Shown: piece by piece, positions 24,758 to 37,207 of the stretch
Numbering within the stretch: the first letter of the stretch is position 1
Layout of the letters: the number at the start of each line of letters is the position of its first letter
Source: Geosiphon pyriformis uo1
Taxonomy: Eukaryota; Fungi; Glomeromycota
Length of the DNA: 64,000 nucleotides
Direction of reading: 5' to 3'
Assembly: GCA_016748015.1 (NCBI GenBank)
Contig: JAAOMT010000561.1
Span: 8,026-72,025 of the forward strand
Translations under genes and position numbers: made by a program
Notes under the pieces: model-generated
The model's input: only the letters and a program-made list of their open reading frames with translations
The model's database searches: none
Told to the model about the DNA's origin: nothing

Positions 24758-26632
24758 ATGGGAATCCACGGTTTGCACAAACTGATTAGTGACAACGCAC
24801 CTAGAGCTATCAAAGAAAATGACATCAAGAACTATTTTGGGCGCAAAATAGCAATTGACGCCTCCATGTCAATATATCAATTTTTAATTGCTGTGAGGTC
24901 CGAAGGTCAACAGCTAATGTCTGATTCAGGGGAAACAACAAGGTATTCGGTTTTACCATGTTGTACTCGAAGGGAAAATGCTCAACTGGAATACATCTAT
25001 CCTTTTAATTATCAATAAATTTTACTTTTATTATGTGAATTCCTAGTCACCTGATGGGAATATTTTATCGAACAATAAGAATGGTTGAAAGTGGAATTAA
25101 ACCTTGCTATGTCTTTGATGGGAAGCCACCCACTCTCAAATCTGGCGAGGTAAGTATTGGAAATTTTTCGCCAATAATCTCACGTGATTCATTATAATTT
25201 CTTTCATGCGTCCTAATACAGCTTGCTAAACGGACTGAACGAAGAAGAGAAGCGAACAAGAGTCTCGAAGAAGCTCAAGAAACTGGTTCGAATAAAATCG
25301 ATAAAGCAAACAACATGATACATACCTATCCTAAATTTATTCACTCCCTTTATGTATGTCCTCGGCTGGATAGGGATTACGGCTGATATTGATAAATTCA
25401 GTCGGCGTACAGTTAAAGTCACTGCGCAACATAATTCTGAATGCAAAAAGCTTCTGCAGTTGATGGGTATTCCTTATGTGGATGTAATTAATTTAACCCA
25501 TTTTTTGATGGCATTTTTCTTTTCTCATACTAAAATTTTCACATTAACTACAGGCCCCATGCGAAGCTGAAGCTCAATGCGCTGCGCTTGCCCGTGCTGG
25601 CAAAGTAAAATAGTTAAATAATGCTATATGATTATTTCTTCACAGCTAACCTCAGCCTGATAAATAAATTATTAGGTATATGCAGCGGCATCAGAAGACA
25701 TGGATACTTTGACTTTCGCAGCACCTGTACTTTTGCGTCACTTGACCTTTAGTGAAAACCGAAAATTGGCAATTGATGAAATACACCTTGACAAGGTTTT
25801 GGAAGGTCTTGATTTAAATATGAAACAAGTTCGTATACATAAAATCAATAAGATCAAAGGATATTAATAACCGTTTATCTCATACGATATATCCTCAATT
25901 TCAGTTTATAGATCTCTGTGTTCTTTTAGGATGTGATTATTGTGATTCGATCAAAGGGGTTGGCCCACATCGCGCGCTCGAGTTTATAAGGAAATACAAA
26001 TCATTGGAGAATATCGTTAAAAACATTGATACTAAAAAGTATCCAATTCCAGAAAACTGGCCTTATGAAGATGCACGTCAATTATTTCTTGAGCCGATAG
26101 TAAACGATTCCCAAGATTTAGAGGTAAAGTAAATAATCCAGGGGTGCAAAGATTCCATACCTGATGTGAATATAAAATAAAATGAACTTAAAATTTCTTT
26201 ATTTCTGCATTTAATCAGCTAAAATGGCAAGAGCCAAATGTCAAAGGCATAGTGGACTTCATGGTTCATGAAAAAGGTTTCAAGTGAGTAATTTTTAAAA
26301 ATTTATATTCTCAAACTATGAATAAATTATCAATACAATATAAAATTAGTGAAGACCGCGTGCGCAAAGGAGTTGACAAACTCCTAAAAAATCTCAAAGT
26401 AGCTCAGCAAGGGAGGTTAGATAGCTTTTTTACGCCGTTGACCGCCGGATCAGATCCCATGCAAAAACGCAAGGTAGGTCATGTAAAATCAATACATAAG
26501 GATATCACATTTTTTTGATTATGAAATTGAATCTACTCTTAGGGTGAGGAGGACGATAAAAAGACACCAAAGAAAACAAAGGCGTCAACTACAAAATCAA
26601 CAGTGACTAAACGTGGGCGACCGAAAAAATAA
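24758..26632 (+). CDS. FEN1: Flap endonuclease 1 (10 exons)
   Basis: MGIHGL...[56 protein letters not shown] box QGRLDSFF. Nine GT-AG introns keep the frame. Confidence 0.97.
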
Positions 26633-27399
26633 TTTTATATTACAAAAGCAATTCCTGTAAACATATTACTTGATCATGAGATAAAGATCATGCTAGAGAT
26701 TGATTAATTTTGCCCTAGAAATAGCTTGAAAGCAAATGATAAATGATAAAGAAAATCACTAACATTAATTCTAAAACTAAAACATTTAGTTAGACTTAAG
26801 ATTGTAGAAAAATTAATTAAAAATACTTATTAAAAAACATTAAAAAAATAATTTGTTTTATAATTTGGTTAAAAAATAATAAAAATAATAATTTGCAATT
26901 TAACAAATTTAATTTAAAAACTATTATTATTTTAATAAACAATTTTATAATATATTATTGTTTACAAGAATCGATAAAGTAAAAAATAAAAAAACTTTTT
27001 TTATATTAATTATTAAATTAGCTTAGAATTTAATATACAAAAATATAAAAAAAAATAACTATAAAAATAATTAAACTTTAAATTTTGTTAATAATTTGTT
27101 AAAGACAATTTTTTTTTAAATTTAAGAATAGTTTTATTTTTGAAATTTATTTAGAATTTTATATTCTTACATAGTTAGTTCATTTAAAATAACATAAAAT
27201 TAATATATAATGTTTAAAAAAGTTTAAAAATATTTTGTATTGATAAAAGAATATTAAATCGTTTCAATAAATTTTTGTTAATTAAAAAATAGATGTTATT
27301 GTGTAATAGATAGTGATTGGATCACACTCAATAAAGCATCAACTTATTTTTATTAATTCTTTCTAAATATACTATAAATAAACGCTTTTATGAAACATT

Positions 27400-28830
27400 C
27401 TTTTCAAAGTTTAAAGAAAAGATATTAATAAAATTCAACAAATCCTACTTTATCACATTCTTTTTAAATTTTATCCATACGATGGAAAACCCTGAGATTG
27501 AAAGAACTCGTCCAGAAGCTCATGATTGTAACGAATACGAAGAGTGTCAACGAAGCATCAGAAATAATTGGTGGTGCTTGTCGATTCTTATTTATTGAAA
27601 AACTTTTACCAGGACTTTTCGAATAATAATAAAGGACTTGATGAAATGATTAAGATTCCAATCTATATTACACCTACGATAAAAATAAATATGGCAGAGT
27701 TGGTTATTCTTGGATTCCATGGGAGGATTTAAGGAATATCAACAAAATTCACGAGGGAGGGTTTGGTACAGTATGTAGAGCAACATTAATTAATGGATTA
27801 ATTGATTTATATAGTATAAAATAATCTTTTCAAACAGTAATGAACTGTTTAAAAAGGTAACCAAATCATTATGATTATTTATGTTCATCTAAACATTCAA
27901 TTTGTGTTTATTTATTTAATCAACTATTTATCATTTTCACTTTTGATAGTTAATATTATAAGAGCTATTGATATTAATAGTAAGCAAAATAAGAGTCAAA
28001 TAAACAAAACGCTGAAACATTCGAATATGGAGTTTTAATGAATCTTTGCCCAATATTGAGGCATGCGGAAACATGTATCAACAAATTTTCATTCTACGAG
28101 TTGGTTTGGTAAATTAGAGGTCGGGTGGGTTATAGTTTTATGCATTATATGAAATTCATTCTACTGATATAGTTCATCGTGACCTACACTCGGGCAAAAT
28201 TCTACAATTATATAATAGTTATGTATTAATTGGACCTCGGATTATGTCAACCAGTAAGAAATGAAATAAAAGAGGTTATTTGTAGTTGTAGTGATTCCAT
28301 ACATTCCTCCCGAAATTTTAAGAGAAGAAAAGTTTACAACGGCTGACGACATTTATAGTTTTGCCATGTTATCATGGGAATTGGAACAGGAAAACCTCCT
28401 TTTCATGTTCCTTCTCATGACCGTGATCTCATATTCGATATTGTTTTTAAGGGCATTAAACCTAAGATTATTTCTCCCCTTATTCCACCTTGTATTGTTG
28501 AACTCTAATCCTAAGAATCGTCCTAATGAACAAATAAATTTATGAAACCTCGAGATTTGTATCATGAGAAGCCTAGAAATGAAGAGCCTACAGATGGGGA
28601 GTCTAGAGATGAGGAATCTACGGATGAGAAGTATATAGATGAATCTACAGATGAAGAGTCTACAGATAAGAAATCTACAATTAAGAGTCCTGAGAGATTA
28701 AAGTTTAAAATAAAATAAAATTTCAAACAAAAACGCGGAAGGCGACAATCAGATAAAAAAACTTTGATGATAAAAATTCATTCGGAACCAATTTATACAA
28801 GTCGTCTTTTTAACTTTGCAAATGGATGAA
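27400..28830 (+). pseudogene. Tyrosine-kinase-like protein kinase pseudogene
   Basis: WIPWEDL...EGGFGTV, IVHRDLHSG, VIPYIPPEIL...DIYSFAM. Frameshifts and stops. Confidence 0.8.
28563..28690 (+). repeat. 15-bp tandem repeat (acidic DEEST-like pentapeptide)
   Basis: gatgaagagtctaca-type units, about 8 copies. Confidence 0.75.
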
Positions 28831-29477
28831 GAAACAAAAGGTTACGTAGTCTATTTAATTAAGATTAATGAAAAATACAAAGATTAACTATATCTAATAT
28901 ATAGTTTTTTATTAAATAAATATTTTAATCAAAAAAATAGGTTTAATATAAATTAATATATTTTTTAATTATAAGAAAGTTATTTATATAATAGATTATT
29001 TGGAAATTTACATATTATATTAAATACATTAATTATTTAAATTAATCAATTGATTTTTTAATTTACTTAGCATATTATTTTTTTAGAAAATAGTAAATTC
29101 TAAATAACTTAATATAAAATATTAATTTTAATTATAATCTATATAATTAATTAATTATATTTCTTAATAGCATTCAAACAAACGAGCTATAATATGAGAG
29201 AGGATGAATCAATACCCAAGCACCATAGCAGACAATTAATATATGCAACCTATTGCCGCATTTAAAGAAATTAATGGTCAATATTATTTATATTATAAAA
29301 AAATGCTTCAAGGATTTATTAGGCTAGAAACTATACATTCGATTGGGATATCCTTTTCAATTATAACTGAAAAAGATAGGCATATTCGGATCTTTTTGAA
29401 AAAATCTCAATTGAAAATAGCTAGATATCTATCTATTTTGGGAAAGGATTATAAGCTAGAATCTTCATTATTTTGAA

Positions 29478-31562
29478 TCAACGACCTGCTGCTTTACACC
29501 TCACGCAATGCCATGCGTCCGAAACCACTTGCATTTCGTCACCTAATCCCACACATCCTCCGTGAAACCAAGTTGAGCACGTGTCGCACGCAATCATAAA
29601 CTTGTTATTATCAACATTTGGAAATTCGCAAATGCAATTTATTTCTTCATCTGGTGTTTGGAGAGTGGATACGGGTGGAAAAGCAGGAACGTGGAATTGT
29701 AAAGGTAAGGATGTTGGCGATTGTGAAGGTACAGGTGCAGGAACAGTTTTTGAAGGGGCAGAGAGTCGAAGTTTGATTTTGCTAGACTTAGATGAAGATG
29801 ACCCTGAAGTTGACGATGAGGATGAAGGAACCGGTAGTAAAACATCGGTGACCTTGGACTTGGAAGGTTTTTTGCTTTTTGATGAGTTTTTCCGGGATGT
29901 TCGAGGAGCTTCTACGCGGATTTCTGCTTGAGGATGTGGTGATCTCGCAGGAAATACTTGTGAAGGTGCTGGTAAAGATGGTTGCTTTGAACGATGGCTA
30001 GGAGCTGATATCGGTTTAGATGATGCCCGTGGGGTGGACGGTATAGAATTTCGTTGTTTGTTTCTTAGAACCACAGGTGATATTGCAGTTGCAAGGTGTT
30101 GATTTTGAAGTTGAGATGTTATTGGAAGTGACGATGATAATATCGGCGAAAATGATGCATTTGTATCATCTTGTGAGCCTTTCAAAGAAATTGAACCAAG
30201 CTTCACTGAACCATTATCGTTAGACAGGTGATTGCTTAGGTGAACATTATCCCCTACCACATCAATCAGCTCTTCGGGTTGAGTGTCAGGATTAAGAGTT
30301 GACGTAGGCTTTGTAACTTCTATCTTGGGAAGGTGCAACTCCTTAGGAACCGATTCTGGAATAGATTCAGTCCAACTTTCACTGTATAATGGATGTTGTG
30401 ACGTGGAAGAAACTGTTTCCACTATTGGAATGACAAACGGAGATTTTCCAACTCTACGCCTTTTTTTGGGTTTATCAGTGATGGAAATAGGAAACTTCTT
30501 GGGTGCAAATGATTTGAAAGCATTTTCAAAAGACTCCGAGGAAGGCAATTTTAAAGTATCCGATGTCGTCCGAGGTGAATTCTTTTGGATTAATAGGTTA
30601 TCCTCCCTATCGTCTGAATCTTGAATGTTAGGAAGCCCCAGCTGTACATTTTCGTCAAAAATATCTTTTACTTCATCCGCTTTATGTTCTTTCAAGTCGA
30701 GAGCGCGAAATAAATCCAAAACGCCGTTATTTGTCTTTTGATTGTCCTCTATTAATTGAGAGCTAGGTGTAATTTGCTCGTCTTTTAATTTTTGTCGGAA
30801 ATATAGATCGGGAAATGGGGGAAGATGCTCTGGTACATATGAGGGCATGAATTGACCCCACCAAACTTGATTATTAATTTTATCTTCAGCCAAATCACTA
30901 TTTTGCAATGAAGCCGTTTCATCTAATGGAAAATCTTGAAATTGATTAAGGTGACTTTCTTTTTTCCCTAGCTCATTCTTAGAGTGATAGTTTGATACTG
31001 AAAAGCCATATTGGCGCTTTCTTTTGGTGTGGCGCTCTTCTTCACTATCTTCTTCAGTAACTTCACCAAAAAGATGAAACTCGTCATCAAGATTCACCCT
31101 TGACGAACTTTCACCAAAAACTAAATATTGGTCATCTGTAGAACCTTGAGGGGACCCACCAAGTAAATCTAATGAAATGAGTTGAAAAATGCGGAAATTT
31201 AAAAGTAATTATGTTACAAAGAAAATTTAAAGGATATGTTAACTACCTTTCAAAACTTCAGAAGGGTCTTCGCCTTCCCATGATCCATAAGCCTTTGAAT
31301 CCTTTTCATTCTGTAGCCATTCTTCTAGCTCGTTAAATTTAATTCCCAATTTTTCAAAGGTGGCTCCAACATCATATGCATTGGCTCTAGTTCGACCTGC
31401 ATGCGTTGCATTTTTTTGGGCGATCGTTCCCAAGAGTTCTAGGTACTTCCCAAAAACGTCAGTAAGAACGTCAGCACCAATCGAAGAGCTTTTCTCAAAC
31501 CCTGTCGTTTGTAATATTTGAAGGGTAGAAACGCGAAGTATAAAAGAGCAAAAATTTTCCAT
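29478..31562 (-). CDS. TAF3: TAF3-like TFIID subunit: Bromo_TP histone fold, PEHLPPFP motif, disordered linker, C-terminal PHD finger; intron 31169-31246
   Basis: LQILQTTGF...VLTDV...YLELLG...AGRT. PHD CIC...MIACDTCSTWFHGGCVG...WHCVRC. The phase-1 intron joins the two ORFs in frame. Confidence 0.8.
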
Positions 31563-31930
31563 TACGCGAAATTCTCCCGAATTGAAGAAAAGGTGATGTT
31601 ATGAATTTAAATTTGAAAATTGTTTTTATTTGTTGCATATAAAAAAGAAGCCTGTTTATTATTGATGAAAACATTATAATATAACATGAACATTAAAATG
31701 AAAATATTCTTAATTATGATTAAAATTACTTTCAAAAGCAGTTGACTGTTGAGAAAACACTTTTCTGTCTTTAAGTAAAAGTTTTTTTGCACCCAAAGTG
31801 CCATTTCTAATATTGCTATTATTACTATTAAGAATTCAACTGCTGTTTAAAGTTAAAAAAGCAAAAAAACAACTTTTTTTTTATACATCTTTAAAGCTGT
31901 TTTTGTTTTTTTTAATGCTTTTACCAATTC

Positions 31931-32877
31931 TGTTATATCAATATTAATTACAATACTTAATTTTATTCTGGTTAAAATTAAAAATTATAATAATAGATAA
32001 AATAACCAATTAGAAATAGGCATAGTAAAAAAAGAAATTCCAGAATTTTTCTTAGAAAATTGCAGGATTTCTTTCAAAGAATTATAGGATTCCAAAATTC
32101 CAAAAATTTTTTTAGGGAATTGCAGAATTGCAGAATTTTAGGATTTCTTTTGAAAAATTGCAGGATTTTAGAATTTCTGTCAAAAAAATTAAAAGATTTT
32201 AAGAAATCTTATATAATATAAATTATGTATATATAATAAAAATATTAGAAGTAGAAAAAGTATTTATTCAACTTAGACAGAACAGTAGCTAGCAATAATT
32301 ACTTATTCTATATTCCTCCCTTTAAAAAATAGTTTTCTATAACTTAAAATAAAATCACATTAATATTAATAAAATGCTTAATTATCATTTAATCTATATT
32401 ATTATTGTTTGATTAAAAATATTAATTACTTTTCTACTATCAATATTTTATGTTGATAGAATCCAATACTTAATTACATTAATAACTTTTAATTATGACT
32501 ATTAATAAGATACTAATTTCTTATTTTCTTTTATTTTTTTTTCTTTGGTTTTATTTTTTTGTTGTTTATTAATTAATTAAAAAAATTAAGTATAAAGTAT
32601 TTGATGTTAAGAATAACTTGATAAAAGACCTGAAAACAAGAGTAAAAATTTAAGGATAACTTATTAGAAAGGCACAACTACCAGAATAAACTGGCCACTA
32701 TGCTAAAAAAAAATTTACAGAAGAAACCATTAATTAAATTTCTGTTTATTATACAAAAAACTTAACCCAAAAACTTTAAACTCCAAAACTTTCAGAAATT
32801 ACAGATATTTTCAGCTATTAAGTACTAAGTTATAAATTTGTTATTTGTTTTAGCACTTCAAATAATTACCTATAATA
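31931..32877 (+). mobile_element. Decayed solo LTR family B variant
   Basis: GGAATTGCAGAATT array as at 16220-16380, plus family B U5 end. TSD not recognisable. Confidence 0.7.
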
Positions 32878-33885
32878 ACATTAAACATAATAAGCAAATT
32901 TTTCTTAATTTTGTGATTTTTGCACATATTTTAAATATAAAAGAAATAACCAAAACAACCAAAAAACTAATAAATTTAATAATAAATTTTATTAAAACAA
33001 TCAAACATAAAATCTGAAATTTTAAAGAGTTTAATTTAGACTTAATAACAGAATTAGCAATAAAAACAGTCAAAAAAACAGCAAAAAAAGAAATTAAGAG
33101 AACAAAAACTATAACATAAGATTTATTATTAATAACAAAAGATACAAAAAACCAAAAACCAACAATTAACTTAGAAAATAATTTGAAAAATAAAAAAAAA
33201 ACACCTTATAATCAACAGATAAATGATTTAAACTCTAATATCTATAATAGTAATATTATTTAAAAGTTTTTTATTAAATACAATATTTGTATAAAGTACT
33301 AATTTTTGTTATAACAAGTTTTAACTTTTTACAAAACTTAAAAATAATAATAATAAAGTATTAATAATATGAATTAAAAAAATAAGAAATAAAACAAATA
33401 TAACTACCAATCTAAAAAATAATATTACTGATTTCAAAAGTAATATAATTAAAAAAAATTAATTAATTTAACTTTAAAAAAATTTTGAAAAAAAAAATTG
33501 AATATTGTCTTTTTTATTAAAACAGATTAGTTATTAAAAGCAATAATAGCAGAAAAAAAGTTCTTAAAATTAATAATGACATATTATTACAAGTCAATAG
33601 ACTTTAATTTAATAAAAATAACAATATTAAAAATTTTAAAGACATTTTTAATATTATTATCTAAATAGAAAAACCAATCTAAAACTATTAAAAAAAATAT
33701 GATTATTATATAATAATATAAAAAAATATGATAATACAAAATAACATAAAATACCATAAAATAATACAAATAATTCAGAATAATACAAGATAATACATAA
33801 TAATACAAAATAACACAAAATAAATAGTAAAAACATAGAATAAATATTTATAATATAAAAAAATAAAGCAATAACAAGTATAATA

Positions 33886-36800
33886 ATTTTTATCTCCTTA
33901 ATTTTATGGCCATAATTAAAGTAAAGAGTAAAAAAGCTTTGCCTGATATTTTTTCTGAAATATTTAATAAATTTTCTATTAAAAAAGCTTTCTTTGTTGT
34001 CAAAGCTACTAACAAAATGTCTTGGAAGCTTTTTTTTAAATATTTATAATAAAAGACTGCTTTTGATGGTCTTTGGAGCATTTTTTTTATCTTTGACTGG
34101 TTTTTTACCAGTTAAAATTTTTTTAAAAAAACACACTTGAGTTAGTTTTAATATTGCTTTTACTTTTTTAAAAAGTCCAAAAGTTTTTAATAACAGACCA
34201 GTCAACAAGCTAATCTTTCTTTTCATAATTTTTATATCAGATACTATTAGCACTTCTTCTTTAAAAAAAATGATTAAAAAAACCAAAAGTTCAGAAAAAT
34301 GGAGACAATTGCTTGTCTTTGTTATTGTTATACTGAACTCTTTTATGGTTTTTAATAAGATTTTAGATAAGATTTTTGTTGTATTATTCAGCATAGTATT
34401 CAAAATAAGCCAAAATTAACTACTGGCAATATTGTCAAATATAATCTTTTCTGATAAATTATTGTTAGTTTTAAAAGCAAAACAACAGTTTTCTGTTAGA
34501 TTATTTGTTTTTAAGAATTGAGCTAATCAGATAAAAACTGATTCAATTTTTTTTTGGTTTTTAGTGCTGTTATTAATAGTGCTTAGAAAACTATTGTTAG
34601 TTATCAAAAATTTGCTAAATAAGTGGCCTCTATTCTGGTGTTTTGTGCTATTTTTAAGATTAAATTGGCTTATATTAAGGCTGTTTTTCAGTCTGCATAT
34701 GGTTTTTGAATGTAAAGTCAGTATTAAAAGATAATATAAAGCTTTTTTATATAAATTTTGCTTCTTAAGAATTTTTAAAAGCTGTTTTTCTGGTTGAGCT
34801 TACAAGCTCTGTTTGCCTAATCACTCTTAAAATTGCCAAGTTCTTGGTAATTTCTAAAACTGGTTTTTTTTTACTGCTGTTGTGCTGTATAATATGCCTT
34901 TAGATATATTTGCTGCTAACATTAAAACAGTTTTTAGTGTGTTTAGTAAAGTTGTTTATGTTATATTAAAGTCTGTTGGCATTTGGCAATATGTAATTGT
35001 TTACTTTATTGAATTAGATTCTGCTGTGTTTGCTTTGAATTATTGGTTGGTTTAATAAGTAAAAATAGTGTTAGAATTTTTTTTTTAGTAAATTAAAATG
35101 AAACTATTTGTCTTATAATAGATTTAAAGCCAAGTTAATCAATTTTTTCTTTGGTTGTATTACTTTTAAAATTAGTAATATGATTTCTCAAATTGGTAAT
35201 CAAACATGTTTTATTTTTTATTTTTCTAATTCTGGTTATTATTTCTGGTTTGCTTTGGTTATGTTTGATTTTTAGGTTAATTTGAATACTGCAGTTTTCA
35301 AAACTAATACACTGAAGAAATATTATATTTAGTGGAAGACTTTTGGTTATTAGCATTGTTTTAGGTGTTGTTACCCAAGTAGAAAAACTGATCTGAAGTT
35401 AAGAAGTAACATGACTAGAACGTGACATAACACAGAATAGTGCTCAATAACATTGGATAATATATTATAACTTAGGATAGCACAGAATAATGTGTTATAA
35501 TGTAGAATAATACAGAATAACATATAATAACACCAGATAATATGTTATAACATAAGATAACTAGTAATAATATAAAAGAGCAAAGCAATAACAAAAATAA
35601 CAAAGCAATAATTAGTAATAATGAAACAATCAGAAGCAATCCTGTAAAACCAAAAGAAAGTATAAAAGCAAGTAGTTGTAGTAGATAGAAAGAGATAGAT
35701 ACAAACCATTAGACAAAAATCAAATTTCTATATTCTTTCATTAATTATATTTTATATTCATCTTCTGAAATAAATCAATTATTAAGAAATCAAAATCACA
35801 AATTCATGTTCTTGAACTTTGTGAAATTTACATGAATTAACCATTGTTTCGTATCTTTGTTTCAGGACAAATGTTTTTAGCATAACCGCCTCGAACTATT
35901 AACAATTTTCTGACCAATTGCTCTTAATCACAGTAATTGATAATACTAATTTATCTTTCCTTTTATTTTCTTTCCTTTTTTGCTTTTATTTTTCTTTCTC
36001 TTTCTTTATTTTTTTCTCTTGAAAAGTGGCAACATAATAAAATTGACTGTTTGGGAATAGACTTTATGATAGCCTGATAAAAGAAAAAAGCTCCCCCTAG
36101 GTTTTGGATATTAACATTATCTTGATAGCTTACTAAAAAGGCAAAAAGACAATGCCAGACCCTAATGACTGTGCTTGTTAGCTCGGAAAAAAAAGCTCAC
36201 CTTTATAAGAAGTTGCAATCAGCAAAAACCAAAACTCCGTGTTTTATAACCAAAGAACTCAATAGGTAAATTCACAACCAGTAAAATAAGACCTTTAGAG
36301 ACTGATAATTAAGAATAAGCCAACAGAATTATGCCAAAGATGCATTATTAATCATTGAGAGCACCAAACATTACCATTTTCATATTCCACTAAGTTTACT
36401 CATAACAGTATCAAAAAATAAGCTATTTGATAGTAAACTGTAAAGTTTTACTATCTTTCTCTTTTAAGACTTTTAAGATGTTCAAACTACATTTTGTGAA
36501 TCATGTTTTTTATACTAAGACCTCCATTTTTCTGAATTCTACTGAGTTTTTTTCTTTGGTAACTTTTGTTTTTTTTTGTAGTTGTTAGTAATTCTTTAAT
36601 TTTTTCTTAGCTGGCATTTTTGAAATTCAATTTGAATAAGTTGTTAGCTTTGATTAAATTAATTATTAAATCTGTTGGTACATTAGTTACTATATTTAAG
36701 CAGTTTATTAAAAATAATTTGGCTTCAAACAGTATTTTTAATTTTAAGATTAATAAGTTTATGATTCATCTAAGTTCTTTTGGCAAAGTTGTTAGTAAGT

Positions 36801-37207
36801 TAAAAAGAGAGATAATTTTGTTAAAAATATAGTACTGTATAGATAATATTGGTATGTTTAATAATTTAGAGATTCTAATTGGTGTTGATGATGATACATT
36901 TTCTAACTTGATGTTTTTTTGAATATATGAGCTTAATAATATTAAAACTAATCTCTTAAAAATGACTGAATAACTGGTTAGATTGGTTTTTTATAATATT
37001 TAATTGTTTGATGTAGTTTAAAATATATTAGCTTTAGATAAGTTTTCTTCTGTTGTATTAATATAGTATAGTTTAAACTGGTTTAAATAACTAATTATAT
37101 ATAAAAAGTATGTGAATTACATTTAACTAAGATTTATAGTTTTGATTTTATATACTAGATAGTAATTGAACTACACTTATTAAGCCTTAATAATTATTAA
37201 AAAAAAG
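33886..37207 (+). mobile_element. ORF1-only non-autonomous LINE-like element (about 2.3 kb net)
   Basis: T-rich 5' end. Decayed ORF1 with RRM-like region and knuckle CFRC|QKISYLIVNC. No ORF2. 3' tail homologous to the LINE 3' UTR, then an A tract. Confidence 0.75.
35369..36407 (+). mobile_element. Younger solo LTR family C
   Basis: TGTTACCC...CATAACA termini, TSD GTGT/GTAT. Inserted in the ORF1 zinc knuckle. Confidence 0.92.

Noticed and set aside
29243-30624. Plus-strand ORFs 29243-29476, 29581-29931 and 30283-30624
   Set aside because: Antisense shadows of TAF3 or its 3' flank, with no recognisable motifs.
31565-31571. SCB/E2F-like CGCGAAA next to the TAF3 ATG
   Set aside because: A single short motif abutting the start codon, which could easily be chance.
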